Positions 21,426-30,810 are shown, counted from the first letter of the stretch. The stretch: 64,000 bases of DNA from a virus (IMGVR_UViG_3300032294_002710:32001-96000); one strand, 5' to 3'. Translations and numbers: made by a program. The notes: generated by a model not told the origin, from the sequence alone.

Positions 21426-21796
21426 GGGGATGATATGAATTGATTCGCAGAGTAGAGATGATTAAGCAGGCATCGGTTTGGTAAAGTCCGATTAAAATAA
21501 ATTATCAAAATCGTAAACGGAAACGTTACAAATGAAGTAGGAACCAGTGAAGATTTAGTAGCTGCTCTACAAAACAACTTGCTCACTGTGAATGAGCTTG
21601 AAGTAGCCTAATCTTAGGATACATTCTAAAAATTCACACTGAATCACAACAGTATAAATAGTGATAGTTTTTTGTTAGAGTGTTTTTGAGTCGAAACAAC
21701 TATCTATTTTGTAAGTTACAGAAAAACTTTCTAAGCTTGTGAACGATTAACCGTTTTTAACTGAGGAAGACTCCGGTTCGTTACCGGACATCTCCA
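21426..21796 (+). ncRNA. ssrA: tmRNA
   Basis: 5' GGGGATG pairs with 3' CATCTCC-A with a G3.U wobble (Ala identity). T-arm tccgg-TTCGTTA-ccgga. Internal tag ORF 21519-21611 after TAAAC. About 370 nt; CCA not encoded. Confidence 0.92.
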
Positions 21797-21828
21797 CTAA
21801 CCACTCCAAAGATAGTATTTTTGGACTG

Positions 21829-21859
21829 ACACCAACTCAAAAGGTTGGTGTTTCTTTTT
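21829..21859 (+). terminator. Intrinsic terminator after tmRNA
   Basis: acaccaac-tcaaaag-gttggtgt followed by ttctttt. Confidence 0.75.
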
Positions 21860-22211
21860 ATACAATATTGATTTGAATTTTATTTTCTTGGCCACAATCC
21901 CAAATGTTTATAACTTTACATTTTTTATTTAGAGCCTTTTCTATTCTTTCTAAGACTTCTAAAATAGATTTTATTAATTCTAATTTTAGCTTTGAGTATT
22001 CAATTGAATATATGTCTCCCGATATTAATTTGTAGGTATTTATCATTAATGATATCCCTTTTACACTCTTATCAAGAGAGTTGAATGGATATAATTCACC
22101 AGTAATTTCGGGGTAATCATCTTTTAGTTCTTTTAAAATATCTTTAATTTCTGAAATGTCATTTTGATAATCCTCATATTCTGAGTTTTCAAATTTTTTA
22201 AGGTGTCTCAT
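21858..22211 (-). CDS. Hypothetical protein with MRHLKKFEN N-terminus
   Basis: Shared N-terminal motif; late motif on the minus strand at 22217-22225. Confidence 0.6.
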   Translation of the reverse strand: MRHLKKFENSEYEDYQNDISEIKDILKELKDDYPEITGELYPFNSLDKSVKGISLMINTYKLISGDIYSIEYSKLKLELIKSILEVLERIEKALNKKCKVINIWDCGQENKIQINIV

Positions 22212-22242
22212 AAACTTATATATTAATAAACATATATTAATT

Positions 22243-22743
22243 ATGATAAACTCTTTTACAGGAAGATATAGATTTCTTTCAAATTTCTATCCAGTTGAAA
22301 TAGAACACCAAGGTATTAAATACCCATCAGTTGAACATTATTATGTTGCTATGAAGATTAAAAATGATCAACAAATTGATGGTAAATTTATAACCATGAT
22401 AGATTGTAGAGAAATGATTGCTAAAATACCCGATGCTGGTAAAGCGAAACAATTTGGTAAATTTCTTAAATTGAGAAAAGATTGGGAAGATGTCAAATTA
22501 GATGTTATGCTTTGGGGAATTAGAGAAAAGTTTAAAAATGAAGAACTTAAACAATTGTTAAATGAAACAGGAGATGAGGAATTAGTTGAAGGTAATTTTT
22601 GGGGTGATAAATTTTGGGGCGTTAGTTCTGGTGAAGGTGAGAATCATCTTGGTAAAATTTTAATGAGAGTTAGAGAAGAGGTTAGACAAGTAAATAAGAA
22701 GCCCTCACTTGAAGAGTTTCTAAAAAATAGAAATAAAGAATGA
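22243..22743 (+). CDS. NADAR (YbiA-like) family protein
   Basis: FLSNFY, SVEHYY, LRKDWEDVK, LVEGN.WGDKFWG, GENHLGKILMRVRE. Confidence 0.92.
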   Translation: MINSFTGRYRFLSNFYPVEIEHQGIKYPSVEHYYVAMKIKNDQQIDGKFITMIDCREMIAKIPDAGKAKQFGKFLKLRKDWEDVKLDVMLWGIREKFKNEELKQLLNETGDEELVEGNFWGDKFWGVSSGEGENHLGKILMRVREEVRQVNKKPSLEEFLKNRNKE

Positions 22744-23693
22744 GTATTATAAGTTATTTTGGAGGTAAATCCTCTAACACATTTATTGATTTTATCAATA
22801 AACAAATTCCAAAAGATGGTTCTGTAAAAACCTATTTAGAACCGTTCTCTGGTTCTATGGGGACTTATATGGATGATGATAATATGACATTTGATACTGT
22901 CATCTATAATGATAAAAATCGTCACCAGGTGAATCTTTTTAAGTGTTGTTCAGAACCTGAAAAATTTGTTACATATTTAGAAAATTTATCAAAACCATTT
23001 AATCTACTTTATACAGATTTAAAAGATCCATTAAAGAAATGGGATTTCTATAAAGGTATCTATAAAGAGTATATTAAAAACTCATTTTTAGATGATATGA
23101 ATTTTGAAATTGGTGATTTTGAAAAGGCTGCTATTTATGCTTTTCTTATCACATCGGCTCATAATTCTGTTTATCCAAGAGGAGCTGGGTTTAATGGATA
23201 TAAGAAAGATAAAGATAGATTGAAGTTAGAAGTTTTAATTAAGAAGTTGAAACAAAACACATATACTAAAAAACTGCAATCAATTACAGAGTTCAATAAT
23301 ATCGACTTTGAAGAACTTATTTTAAAATATGATTCTGAAGACACTTATCTTTATTTAGATCCACCATATGCTCGTTTTGATGAGACTAAGGGAGAAGATG
23401 ATGCTAAAAGATTGTTTTGGTATGGCGCTGATAAAGATGGTGTTTTTGGACCGGCTTCTCATAGAAGATTATTGGAATTATTAAAGACAACTAAATGTAG
23501 ATGGTCACTTTCATACTATTATTTTCCACTTTTAGAGGAATTATTACCAAGAGACAAATATCGTTGGACACAAAAAGAAGTTTTTAGAAGCTCTGCACAA
23601 GGTGGTAATAATTCAGATCTTAAAAAAGAACAGGCTAAAGGTGTTGAATTACTTATCATGAACTATGATGAGAATTTTAAAAAATTAAGTTAA
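22740..23693 (+). CDS. DNA adenine methyltransferase (Dam/D12 class)
   Basis: YFGGKS, YLEPFSGS, YNDKN, YLDPPY, ELLIMNY. Confidence 0.88.
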   Translation: MSIISYFGGKSSNTFIDFINKQIPKDGSVKTYLEPFSGSMGTYMDDDNMTFDTVIYNDKNRHQVNLFKCCSEPEKFVTYLENLSKPFNLLYTDLKDPLKKWDFYKGIYKEYIKNSFLDDMNFEIGDFEKAAIYAFLITSAHNSVYPRGAGFNGYKKDKDRLKLEVLIKKLKQNTYTKKLQSITEFNNIDFEELILKYDSEDTYLYLDPPYARFDETKGEDDAKRLFWYGADKDGVFGPASHRRLLELLKTTKCRWSLSYYYFPLLEELLPRDKYRWTQKEVFRSSAQGGNNSDLKKEQAKGVELLIMNYDENFKKLS

Positions 23694-23697
23694 TTAA

Positions 23698-24447
23698 ATG
23701 GACTTTCAAGGATATTTTAATACCGTTTTTAAAAATGTAAAATTTGAAGGATTAGAAAATTTTAATCTATCATCATTTGATCTTTATGAAAAAAGTTCAA
23801 TACAAATTTCTTTACCACCATCTGTGTCTGAGAATGAGGAGTTTTATTTAAACTCTCTATTTGAGACTATTAGAAATCAGATCTCATTAGATGCTCAAAA
23901 AAGGATTTTAGAATCTATTCATAAAAATCCATCAATGTATTTTATTGATATTATGAATTCGCAAGAGAAGTCTAAAAGTAATTTACTTACAGACTATGAT
24001 ACACATGTGTCTTTAGTTAGAGGAATAACATCTCAAATATTGAGACTTAATATTAAAAATATAGTTTCTAATGGTAAGATTCTATCTGAGTATATTGTAG
24101 ATTCTCCGGCTTTTTCACAAGAACCATTAAGTAATAAATTATCAACATCTAATACATTTACTAAGTATGGTAAATTAATTAATATTAATGTCTATATGGA
24201 TTCATTTATGAAATGGAATGATGATTTTATACTTTCTTATGATGATATCTATTATCATATAAAAGATCTGAGTCTTGATATTATTAGTGATTCAAGATTT
24301 GCTCCTCTTTTAAAGGTTAGTTTTAATTTTGCATTTAGAGTAGATAATCCGGGTAAAATATGGGTAATTGATAGTATTAGTTCTGGCGGTTATGTTCATT
24401 ATAAGTCAACTTTAAGAGATAAAAAGATTGATAGTCTATTGGATTAG
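23698..24447 (+). CDS. Truncated, divergent paralog of the major capsid protein
   Basis: Colinear matches to the C-terminal half of the capsid protein, e.g. INVYMDSFMKWNDD vs ISIYVDPYMKYNDN and ISDSRFAP vs ISEATFAP. Confidence 0.7.
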   Translation: MDFQGYFNTVFKNVKFEGLENFNLSSFDLYEKSSIQISLPPSVSENEEFYLNSLFETIRNQISLDAQKRILESIHKNPSMYFIDIMNSQEKSKSNLLTDYDTHVSLVRGITSQILRLNIKNIVSNGKILSEYIVDSPAFSQEPLSNKLSTSNTFTKYGKLININVYMDSFMKWNDDFILSYDDIYYHIKDLSLDIISDSRFAPLLKVSFNFAFRVDNPGKIWVIDSISSGGYVHYKSTLRDKKIDSLLD

Positions 24448-24496
24448 CAATATTCTTATTTTTAGAATTAATATATAAAAAAATAAAATTACTAAA

Positions 24497-24784
24497 ATGA
24501 TAATTAAGAAGTTTAACGAGTCACAAGATAGTGGAAATGAACTCGAAATGTATTTAGCAGATCTAAAAAAATTAGGATTTGAGGTTAAATATCGTGTTTT
24601 ACAAGGACTTAATGGCACATCAATAAGAGCTACTAAAAGAGATTGTGATTTTAATGCATCTGTTGATGCTTATAAATCTTTATATAACAAATTAGAAAGT
24701 AGTGATAAATATAGTTTTATAAATAATTCTATTAATTTTAATTATGGAACATGCCGTATCTCAATGGATATGAAAAATAAATAA
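24497..24784 (+). CDS. Hypothetical protein with IKKFNES N-terminus
   Basis: Shared N-terminal motif; TAATATATA at 24469. Confidence 0.55.
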   Translation: MIIKKFNESQDSGNELEMYLADLKKLGFEVKYRVLQGLNGTSIRATKRDCDFNASVDAYKSLYNKLESSDKYSFINNSINFNYGTCRISMDMKNK

Positions 24785-24811
24785 CCACCTTAGAGTTTTA
24801 TTACTAAATAT

Positions 24812-24842
24812 AAAAAAAGGGAGATGAAAATCTCCCTTTTTT
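24812..24842. terminator. Bidirectional intrinsic terminator
   Basis: aaaaaaagggaga-tgaaaa-tctccctttttt between convergent genes. Confidence 0.85.
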
Positions 24843-24865
24843 GTATAATAACTTTGTATTTAATA

Positions 24866-25312
24866 TTAGAATCCATTTTCATTTAAAGCCTCTTGTATTG
24901 CAGCTCTAAGAGATGCATGGTGATCATTATCACCTTCATCAAATCCAATTGATTTATCATTGTTTATATCATCGATAAATTCTTGTATAGCCACTTTTAG
25001 AGTTTCTGAGAACTTCTCATAGGCTACAGACTCTTTGATACCACTAAGTACACTTTCCTCAATATGTGATTCCTCGATTGCGTCAATTTTATCTTCGATA
25101 TATCCAGGATTTAAATAATCTATTTTATGAGTTACTTTATTATACTTAGCTCTTGGATTACCAATTAGTTGTTGTCTTTCAGAATTTGGCTTATTCTGTC
25201 TTTTAATTTTCTTTAATTCTGCTTCTTCAGCGTCTTTATTGAAGTCTTTAAAATTAACTACTTTTCTGTTAACATTAAATGTTGGTGTATTATCTTTGTA
25301 AGTCATAATCAA
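24866..25312 (-). CDS. Hypothetical protein
   Basis: 148-aa ORF; late motif at 25326. Confidence 0.6.
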   Translation of the reverse strand: MIMTYKDNTPTFNVNRKVVNFKDFNKDAEEAELKKIKRQNKPNSERQQLIGNPRAKYNKVTHKIDYLNPGYIEDKIDAIEESHIEESVLSGIKESVAYEKFSETLKVAIQEFIDDINNDKSIGFDEGDNDHHASLRAAIQEALNENGF

Positions 25313-25351
25313 TATTAGATTTTTTTATATATTAAATTTTAATACTATTTT

Positions 25352-26557
25352 TTAATAGTCATCATCTTCCCAATGTTCATCATCATCTCCATCACCGTCA
25401 TCATCCCATATTATAGTTTCACATCCTGTGAAGCTACTATTGCTTATTTTTCCAGTATTTCTATCCCAGTATCTCATAGTGTCAACTGATGGGTATGAAT
25501 CATATCCACTTGGTTTTACTTTTGTATAGGCTACCCAGGTATCTCTATGTGATTCTTCTCTTACAATGAATCCTTTAGCTTTTGCATACTCTTTAAATAC
25601 ATTTTTATCAGAGTCTTTACTCACATATATGTAGTCCATTAGTTTTTTACCATCTTCTAAGTTCCAAAGTAGTGCACGACCAATAATTTTATTAGGTTGA
25701 TCAAATGATTTAAGTATTAATAGACTAACAGTATCTGGATTGTCGATATAGATTTCCAACCAATCTCTTCTACCAACTGCCTGACAAGATGATCCTAAAT
25801 TACCCATTCTTGGGAACTCATAATTTTCTCTTTTATACCAGAAGTATAGTTCCTCACCGTTTACTATTTCAAATCTTGAGAAAACATCGTTCATAACTGA
25901 TAATATTCCTCTAAATTCGTTTACAAAAACCTCGATTTCAGCATCTGTAAACTTTAAACTCTTCGCATTTAATAGTGATCTAATGGCTCTACCAACTCTA
26001 ATTTCTTGTCTACTAGTTGTGAATATTTTTTTCTTAATTTCTTCACGAGCATCTTTTAACCTTTCTGCATTATACACACCTTCACCATTTTCAAACTTAA
26101 CATAACACCAGGTTTTATTAGTTTTAACTGATAGCCATTTTGAAATAACTTCACCGACTTCTGTTCTATTTGGTTGGTATACCGGTGTTCCGATTGGTGG
26201 CGCCTCATATCCAAGTCTTTTGAAAATATTTTGATTACCTTCTGTGTTTGTTAACCAAGCTCCTCTATTTCCTGTCCAATTTACTAATTCTTTATCATTT
26301 CTTAAAAGTGCTTGAGCTGCTCTATCATTCGTAAATGTTACTATATTATCATTATCTATTTTAACATCAAAGAAGTTAGCTGTTACATCCAAATCTTGAT
26401 TTTCGATTTCTATTAGAGATTTAGCGATGTTGTTATCTTTCATTTTAGAAAGTACATTCTTAAACTTAGGCGAGTAAACAACATTCGACTCAAGAAGTAA
26501 ATTTTCTAATAGTATTCTTTCGGATATAAATTCTCTGTATTCTAAAACTAATTTCAT
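25352..26557 (-). CDS. SC(M/Q)/GRALLW family protein, paralog 1
   Basis: RVGRAIR, EIEVFVN, SSCQ, GRALLW, MDYIY, YPSVDT; paralogous to 47108 and 49139. Confidence 0.65.
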   Translation of the reverse strand: MKLVLEYREFISERILLENLLLESNVVYSPKFKNVLSKMKDNNIAKSLIEIENQDLDVTANFFDVKIDNDNIVTFTNDRAAQALLRNDKELVNWTGNRGAWLTNTEGNQNIFKRLGYEAPPIGTPVYQPNRTEVGEVISKWLSVKTNKTWCYVKFENGEGVYNAERLKDAREEIKKKIFTTSRQEIRVGRAIRSLLNAKSLKFTDAEIEVFVNEFRGILSVMNDVFSRFEIVNGEELYFWYKRENYEFPRMGNLGSSCQAVGRRDWLEIYIDNPDTVSLLILKSFDQPNKIIGRALLWNLEDGKKLMDYIYVSKDSDKNVFKEYAKAKGFIVREESHRDTWVAYTKVKPSGYDSYPSVDTMRYWDRNTGKISNSSFTGCETIIWDDDGDGDDDEHWEDDDY

Positions 26558-26588
26558 ATAGATATATATTATTTTTATATTTGCATTT

Positions 26589-27047
26589 ATGAACGCTCAT
26601 AAAAAATTACGAGAACTTGGTTTTAAAAAGACCAATTTTTATAAGCCAGGTTATGACCCTGAGACTTATGAATCTTGTATGCTTTTAGATGAGTATGATA
26701 CTAAATGGGAAACAGTTAATGGTAAAAGAGTTTCAGTAAAAGTTAATAAGATACATCCTAAATCAGATTCATTTTGGGTTTTAAAGTATAATGAAAATTA
26801 TATACTTTGGTGTTATGTGAAGTCACATCAAATAGACAAAATATGGGTAGAGAATAAATTAGGAAAGAGTCGAAGTAAAAGTAGGTTGTTATATTATGGT
26901 GTTGGTTCGGGTGATGATAGGTTAAAAATGGTTTTTGATTATAATAACAGGGAATCAAATCCATTACAAGGTAAAAATCAAATTATGAATTTACTACCTA
27001 AAGAAGTAAAAAGAGATTTCTTACTTGAACAACTTTTTGGATTTTAA
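26589..27047 (+). CDS. Hypothetical protein
   Basis: 152-aa ORF directly after TATATTTG (26576-26583). Confidence 0.6.
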   Translation: MNAHKKLRELGFKKTNFYKPGYDPETYESCMLLDEYDTKWETVNGKRVSVKVNKIHPKSDSFWVLKYNENYILWCYVKSHQIDKIWVENKLGKSRSKSRLLYYGVGSGDDRLKMVFDYNNRESNPLQGKNQIMNLLPKEVKRDFLLEQLFGF

Positions 27048-27139
27048 TATATAATATTGTATATTTGTACTATGTTTAAAATTTGACTACATAATTATTA
27101 GCGTCTGTGAGTAAAAATCTACTCACAAACAATTTTATT
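27045..27139 (+). promoter_or_regulatory. Release-factor leader: promoters, mini-ORF MFKI-UGA and hairpin
   Basis: TAATATATA at 27045, TATATTTG at 27060, ATG TTT AAA ATT TGA CTA at 27072-27089, stem tgtgagta/tactcaca at 27106-27127. Confidence 0.55.
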
Positions 27140-27163
27140 GTCTAAAAAATAAAAATAATAATT

Positions 27164-27841
27164 ATGGAACAAATCATTATAGAAATAAGAGCCGCTGAAG
27201 GTGGACAAGATTCAAAACTACTTGTTGAAGATTTAAGAGATATCTATCTCAAAACTGCTAGAGTTAATAACTTTGATTATAAAGTTACTAATCGTGATGG
27301 ATTTACATCAATTTGACTGACTGGTCAGGGAGTTAAATCACTTTTTAAAAACGAAAGTGGTCCTCATCGTTGGTTAAGAATTCCACCAACTGAGAAGAGA
27401 GGTCGAACACAAACTTCAATTATCACTGTTGCACTAACCGATCCTAATGATAAATTAGATTTCAGGTTTAATCGAAATGAGGTTATAAAACAATATACTC
27501 GTAGTAGCGGAAAAGGTGGACAGAATGTTAATCGTAGATCTACCTGTGTTCAATTAACCCATGTACCAACTGGTATTCAAGTTAAATGTCAGGATCAAAG
27601 AGATCAAAGTAAAAATGAGGAATTAGCTTGGATTCGTATTGAAGAGAAACTTAGAATAATACATGATGATTCTCAAAGTAAGACTATTTATCAAAATCGT
27701 TTTGATCAAGTTGGTACTGGTTCAAGATCGGATAAAAAAAGATCATATAGGATCAAAGAGAATTTGGTAGTTGATCATGAGACTGGTAAAACCTGCACAT
27801 TTACTGACTTCTTAAAGGGAAGAATTGATTTATTGTCCTAA
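27164..27841 (+). CDS. prfA: Class-I peptide chain release factor, RF1-like, lacking domain 1, with in-frame UGA at codon 51 (readthrough or pseudogene)
   Basis: Manual translation: MEQIIIEIRAAEGG...GFTSI*LTGQGVKSLFKNESGPHRWLRIPPTEKRGRTQTS...RSSGKGGQNVN...THVPTGI...QDQRDQSKN...RSDKKRSY. TGA at 27314-27316; absent from the ORF track. Confidence 0.9.
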
Positions 27842-28582
27842 TATTAATTTAAACTCCTCTTCATTTTTAAAACTTTTTTTGGTATTATTTTTCCTTTTGG
27901 TTATACAAAGGTTATCAAGTGATGATATTTCTTCTACTTGATAACCTTTTTTAAATCCTTCAAAGATAGAAATCTTGTGGTCTATTGTTGGATATCTTTC
28001 ATCGTTATAGTTAAGATTGAAGTTTATTTTTATATCTTCTCCGTCATAATAATCAAGTCCGTTCCATTCTTCTATTAGTTTCTTCTTATTTCTTTTGGTT
28101 AGATTGTCAATTAGTTTTCTGTATCTGATGTATTCACTCTTTTCGTCTTCAGATATAAAAATATTATTAATTTGAAAGTAATTATTTACAGACTTTGATA
28201 TTTTATCTTTAATTTCTGGATTATCCTCATAGAGTTTTAAAATAGAGTTTCTTATTTTTTCTCTAACTTCTGGTTTTTTTGCGGGATTTTTACCTCCAAT
28301 TTTTGAATCAGAGTATCTCTTTTTCGACTCATCACTTCTTACTTTACCTTTACAAGATAGACCGATTTTATCTTTATGTTCTTTAGATAATTTTTTTCCT
28401 TTGTGTGACTCAGATAGATTTTTCTTATGATCATCAGAAAAAATTTGTCCTTTTTTTACTTCTGATTGCTTTTTGTAGCCACATTTTCTACAAGAGGAGT
28501 TTTTATCATTTGCTATATTTAAAGAGTCCTTTGACTTATAAGTTATCTCGACAAAACATAATGGACAATTTCTTTTATACAT
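27830..28582 (-). CDS. Homing endonuclease-like protein (NUMOD3 repeats plus HNH-like domain)
   Basis: HKKNLSESHKGKKLSKEHKDKIG repeats; TIDHKIS...NLCITKRKNN. Confidence 0.75.
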   Translation of the reverse strand: MYKRNCPLCFVEITYKSKDSLNIANDKNSSCRKCGYKKQSEVKKGQIFSDDHKKNLSESHKGKKLSKEHKDKIGLSCKGKVRSDESKKRYSDSKIGGKNPAKKPEVREKIRNSILKLYEDNPEIKDKISKSVNNYFQINNIFISEDEKSEYIRYRKLIDNLTKRNKKKLIEEWNGLDYYDGEDIKINFNLNYNDERYPTIDHKISIFEGFKKGYQVEEISSLDNLCITKRKNNTKKSFKNEEEFKLILGQ

Positions 28583-28644
28583 AAAAATTATTGATTTATT
28601 TTTATATATTAAAATAATTAGGTCAAAAAGTGAATAAAGTCAAA

Positions 28645-29334
28645 TTATTTTTTACTTATTGTGTTTATAATATCTCTCTCACTTTCGGTTTTTTGAATAT
28701 TAAAATCAGTTAAATCAATGTCTCTAATTAGATTTCTGAATTTTCTATCGGTATATGACCAACTATTTGATTTTATAACAATATTGTTGTCTACTAGTCT
28801 AACAGTTGTGTCATTACTAAAATCACTTTTTGCTGCTGAATTTCTACTTTTAATTTCTTTAAAAGTCTGCATTAATTTAATATCACTTCTATCTACTTCG
28901 GTTTCTAATAATATGAATAGGTATATTGCTGGGTTATAGGTTATTGTTCCAACATTTATGTGTAAAAAGCAATTATCGTATCTTTCTGATATTTGATAAA
29001 GCTCTCTAAAAATACTGAATATCTTTTTATCTTTTATAAGATTTCTTTTTCCGAATCTATCTCCTAATTTTACAGTATCTTGAAGTTGGTCTAATTTAAT
29101 TTCTATGCAGAAACAATATTTATCATCATCATAAATTGGCTTATTGTGTAAAATATTTAATACCTTCTCACCAATTTGTCCTCTATCTAAAGCTTGTTTA
29201 CTAAAATACCCTTTATGTAGTTCGTAATTAATTAGTTCATCTCTTAGATCTAATAGTACATCACTAAGATCTTGCTCGTCTTCTTCATGTGCCTCTCTTA
29301 GTAACTCTATGAACTTTAATATTTTATTTTTCAT
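28645..29334 (-). CDS. Hypothetical protein
   Basis: 229-aa ORF in a minus-strand operon; KILKFIELLRE N-terminus. Confidence 0.6.
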   Translation of the reverse strand: MKNKILKFIELLREAHEEDEQDLSDVLLDLRDELINYELHKGYFSKQALDRGQIGEKVLNILHNKPIYDDDKYCFCIEIKLDQLQDTVKLGDRFGKRNLIKDKKIFSIFRELYQISERYDNCFLHINVGTITYNPAIYLFILLETEVDRSDIKLMQTFKEIKSRNSAAKSDFSNDTTVRLVDNNIVIKSNSWSYTDRKFRNLIRDIDLTDFNIQKTESERDIINTISKK

Positions 29335-30118
29335 AGATATTTACTAAAAATTTAACTTTTATTTCACCTCTCATTGTCGGTGAATTTTTACTTGTTACTG
29401 TTTCAATGTCAAAAAAATGTTTAACTTGATAGATATCTGGTAAATTAAATAATTCTTCAGTTAATTTTATAAAAATCGATTTAATTTTTGATAACTCATC
29501 AATCATCTCTAATTCAATTTTATATGTTTTTTCTAAAGTCATATAGTACATTGGTAAAGATCCAGTTGTGTGCATTAGATTCATTTTAGAATCTTTTAAA
29601 AAAACTCTACTAACATTACATTCATATTTATTTGCTCTAAAATCTTTTAGAAGATCGTTAAAAGATCTAGCTGATTTTTTGTGATATAATGCTTTTGTTT
29701 CTAGACTATTTTCGTCAAATTTCAATCTTAGTTTTAAATATCCATCACCTCTTTTTAAATCAAATAATGAATAGTCTTCTATGTGATATAAAGATTCAAT
29801 TGCATAAGAGTGCATTCTTCTATCTTTTTCTTTACTCTCATTCGATTTAATATAGACTTCGATACATGGTGTTAGTCCAGCTGCTGCGTATGCTTCAGTC
29901 TTTTCCTCAACTTCCAATTTGTTCTCATATACATATTCAAAATTCTTTCCTTTTAGATAAAACTTTACCTCGATTGAAACATCTATCCCATCATGTAGTT
30001 CAGCAAATGATTCAAATATTTCATCTTCTGTGATAAACCAAATAGATTTTATAAAATTTTCATTTCTATCGTGTCTTCTGACGTATGTACTTTCAAAAAG
30101 ATATTTTAGACTTCTCAT
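29324..30118 (-). CDS. Hypothetical protein
   Basis: 264-aa ORF; MRSLKYLFES N-terminus. Confidence 0.6.
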   Translation of the reverse strand: MRSLKYLFESTYVRRHDRNENFIKSIWFITEDEIFESFAELHDGIDVSIEVKFYLKGKNFEYVYENKLEVEEKTEAYAAAGLTPCIEVYIKSNESKEKDRRMHSYAIESLYHIEDYSLFDLKRGDGYLKLRLKFDENSLETKALYHKKSARSFNDLLKDFRANKYECNVSRVFLKDSKMNLMHTTGSLPMYYMTLEKTYKIELEMIDELSKIKSIFIKLTEELFNLPDIYQVKHFFDIETVTSKNSPTMRGEIKVKFLVNIYEK

Positions 30119-30119
30119 T

Positions 30120-30809
30120 TTATTTAAGTTTTTTATCTAATATTCTAGCGATATTTGAACCTATTGTGAAGTGTATGTTTCTAAGTGTATCTGTTTCAAT
30201 TGTCTCGAATTCTCCCATAAATTCAAATTGATATCTGTAAGTATCTGATTCATCATCATCAGTTTTTTTATCAATTTTATAAATTGATACAGATATTTTA
30301 TAGTTATTATTTACATCAATTTCAAAATCGAAAGTCACTTCATCACAAGGTGTAGTCTTGAATTTTGGTTCATACTTAACATCAAAAATACTATAGTCTG
30401 TTATTTTAGCTCTTCTCATATAGTAGTTCAAAAACATAGCTGGTGCCTCTATAAAATCTGATAAAATTTGAATATCCTCTCCAAAGTCATTTGATTGTAT
30501 GATATCTTCAATTTTATTTTTCATATCAACTATTGTATTTATATCTACTTTTCTATAATTACAATTTATATCGTATAGATATATGAATGAATTATCAATT
30601 AACTGTTTTTTATCTAAATCAACTTTAAATATAAATTTAGTGTGTATAATAAGTGTGTCTTCGATTGAAAGACCATGTATTGATATTACTAATTTATAGA
30701 ATTTTTCATCCTCCGACATTTCATATACTGTGTCTATGGATTGTACTAATCCTTCTTCTTCCTCAAATATATCTTTAAATGTTTGTTCTATTTCTGCAAT
30801 TCTTATCAT
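30120..30809 (-). CDS. Hypothetical protein
   Basis: 229-aa ORF tightly packed in the operon. Confidence 0.6.
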   Translation of the reverse strand: MIRIAEIEQTFKDIFEEEEGLVQSIDTVYEMSEDEKFYKLVISIHGLSIEDTLIIHTKFIFKVDLDKKQLIDNSFIYLYDINCNYRKVDINTIVDMKNKIEDIIQSNDFGEDIQILSDFIEAPAMFLNYYMRRAKITDYSIFDVKYEPKFKTTPCDEVTFDFEIDVNNNYKISVSIYKIDKKTDDDESDTYRYQFEFMGEFETIETDTLRNIHFTIGSNIARILDKKLK

Positions 30810-30810
30810 A

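Noticed and set aside
21770-21796. Stand-alone tRNA
   Set aside because: The T-arm and acceptor strand pair with 21426-21432, so they belong to the tmRNA; no anticodon arm is present.
22740-23693. Restriction-modification system
   Set aside because: No adjacent restriction endonuclease; likely an orphan methyltransferase.
27311-27322. prfB-style +1 frameshift at ATT TGA C
   Set aside because: The +1 frame reads GAC TGA (immediate stop) and the release-factor motifs continue in frame 0.
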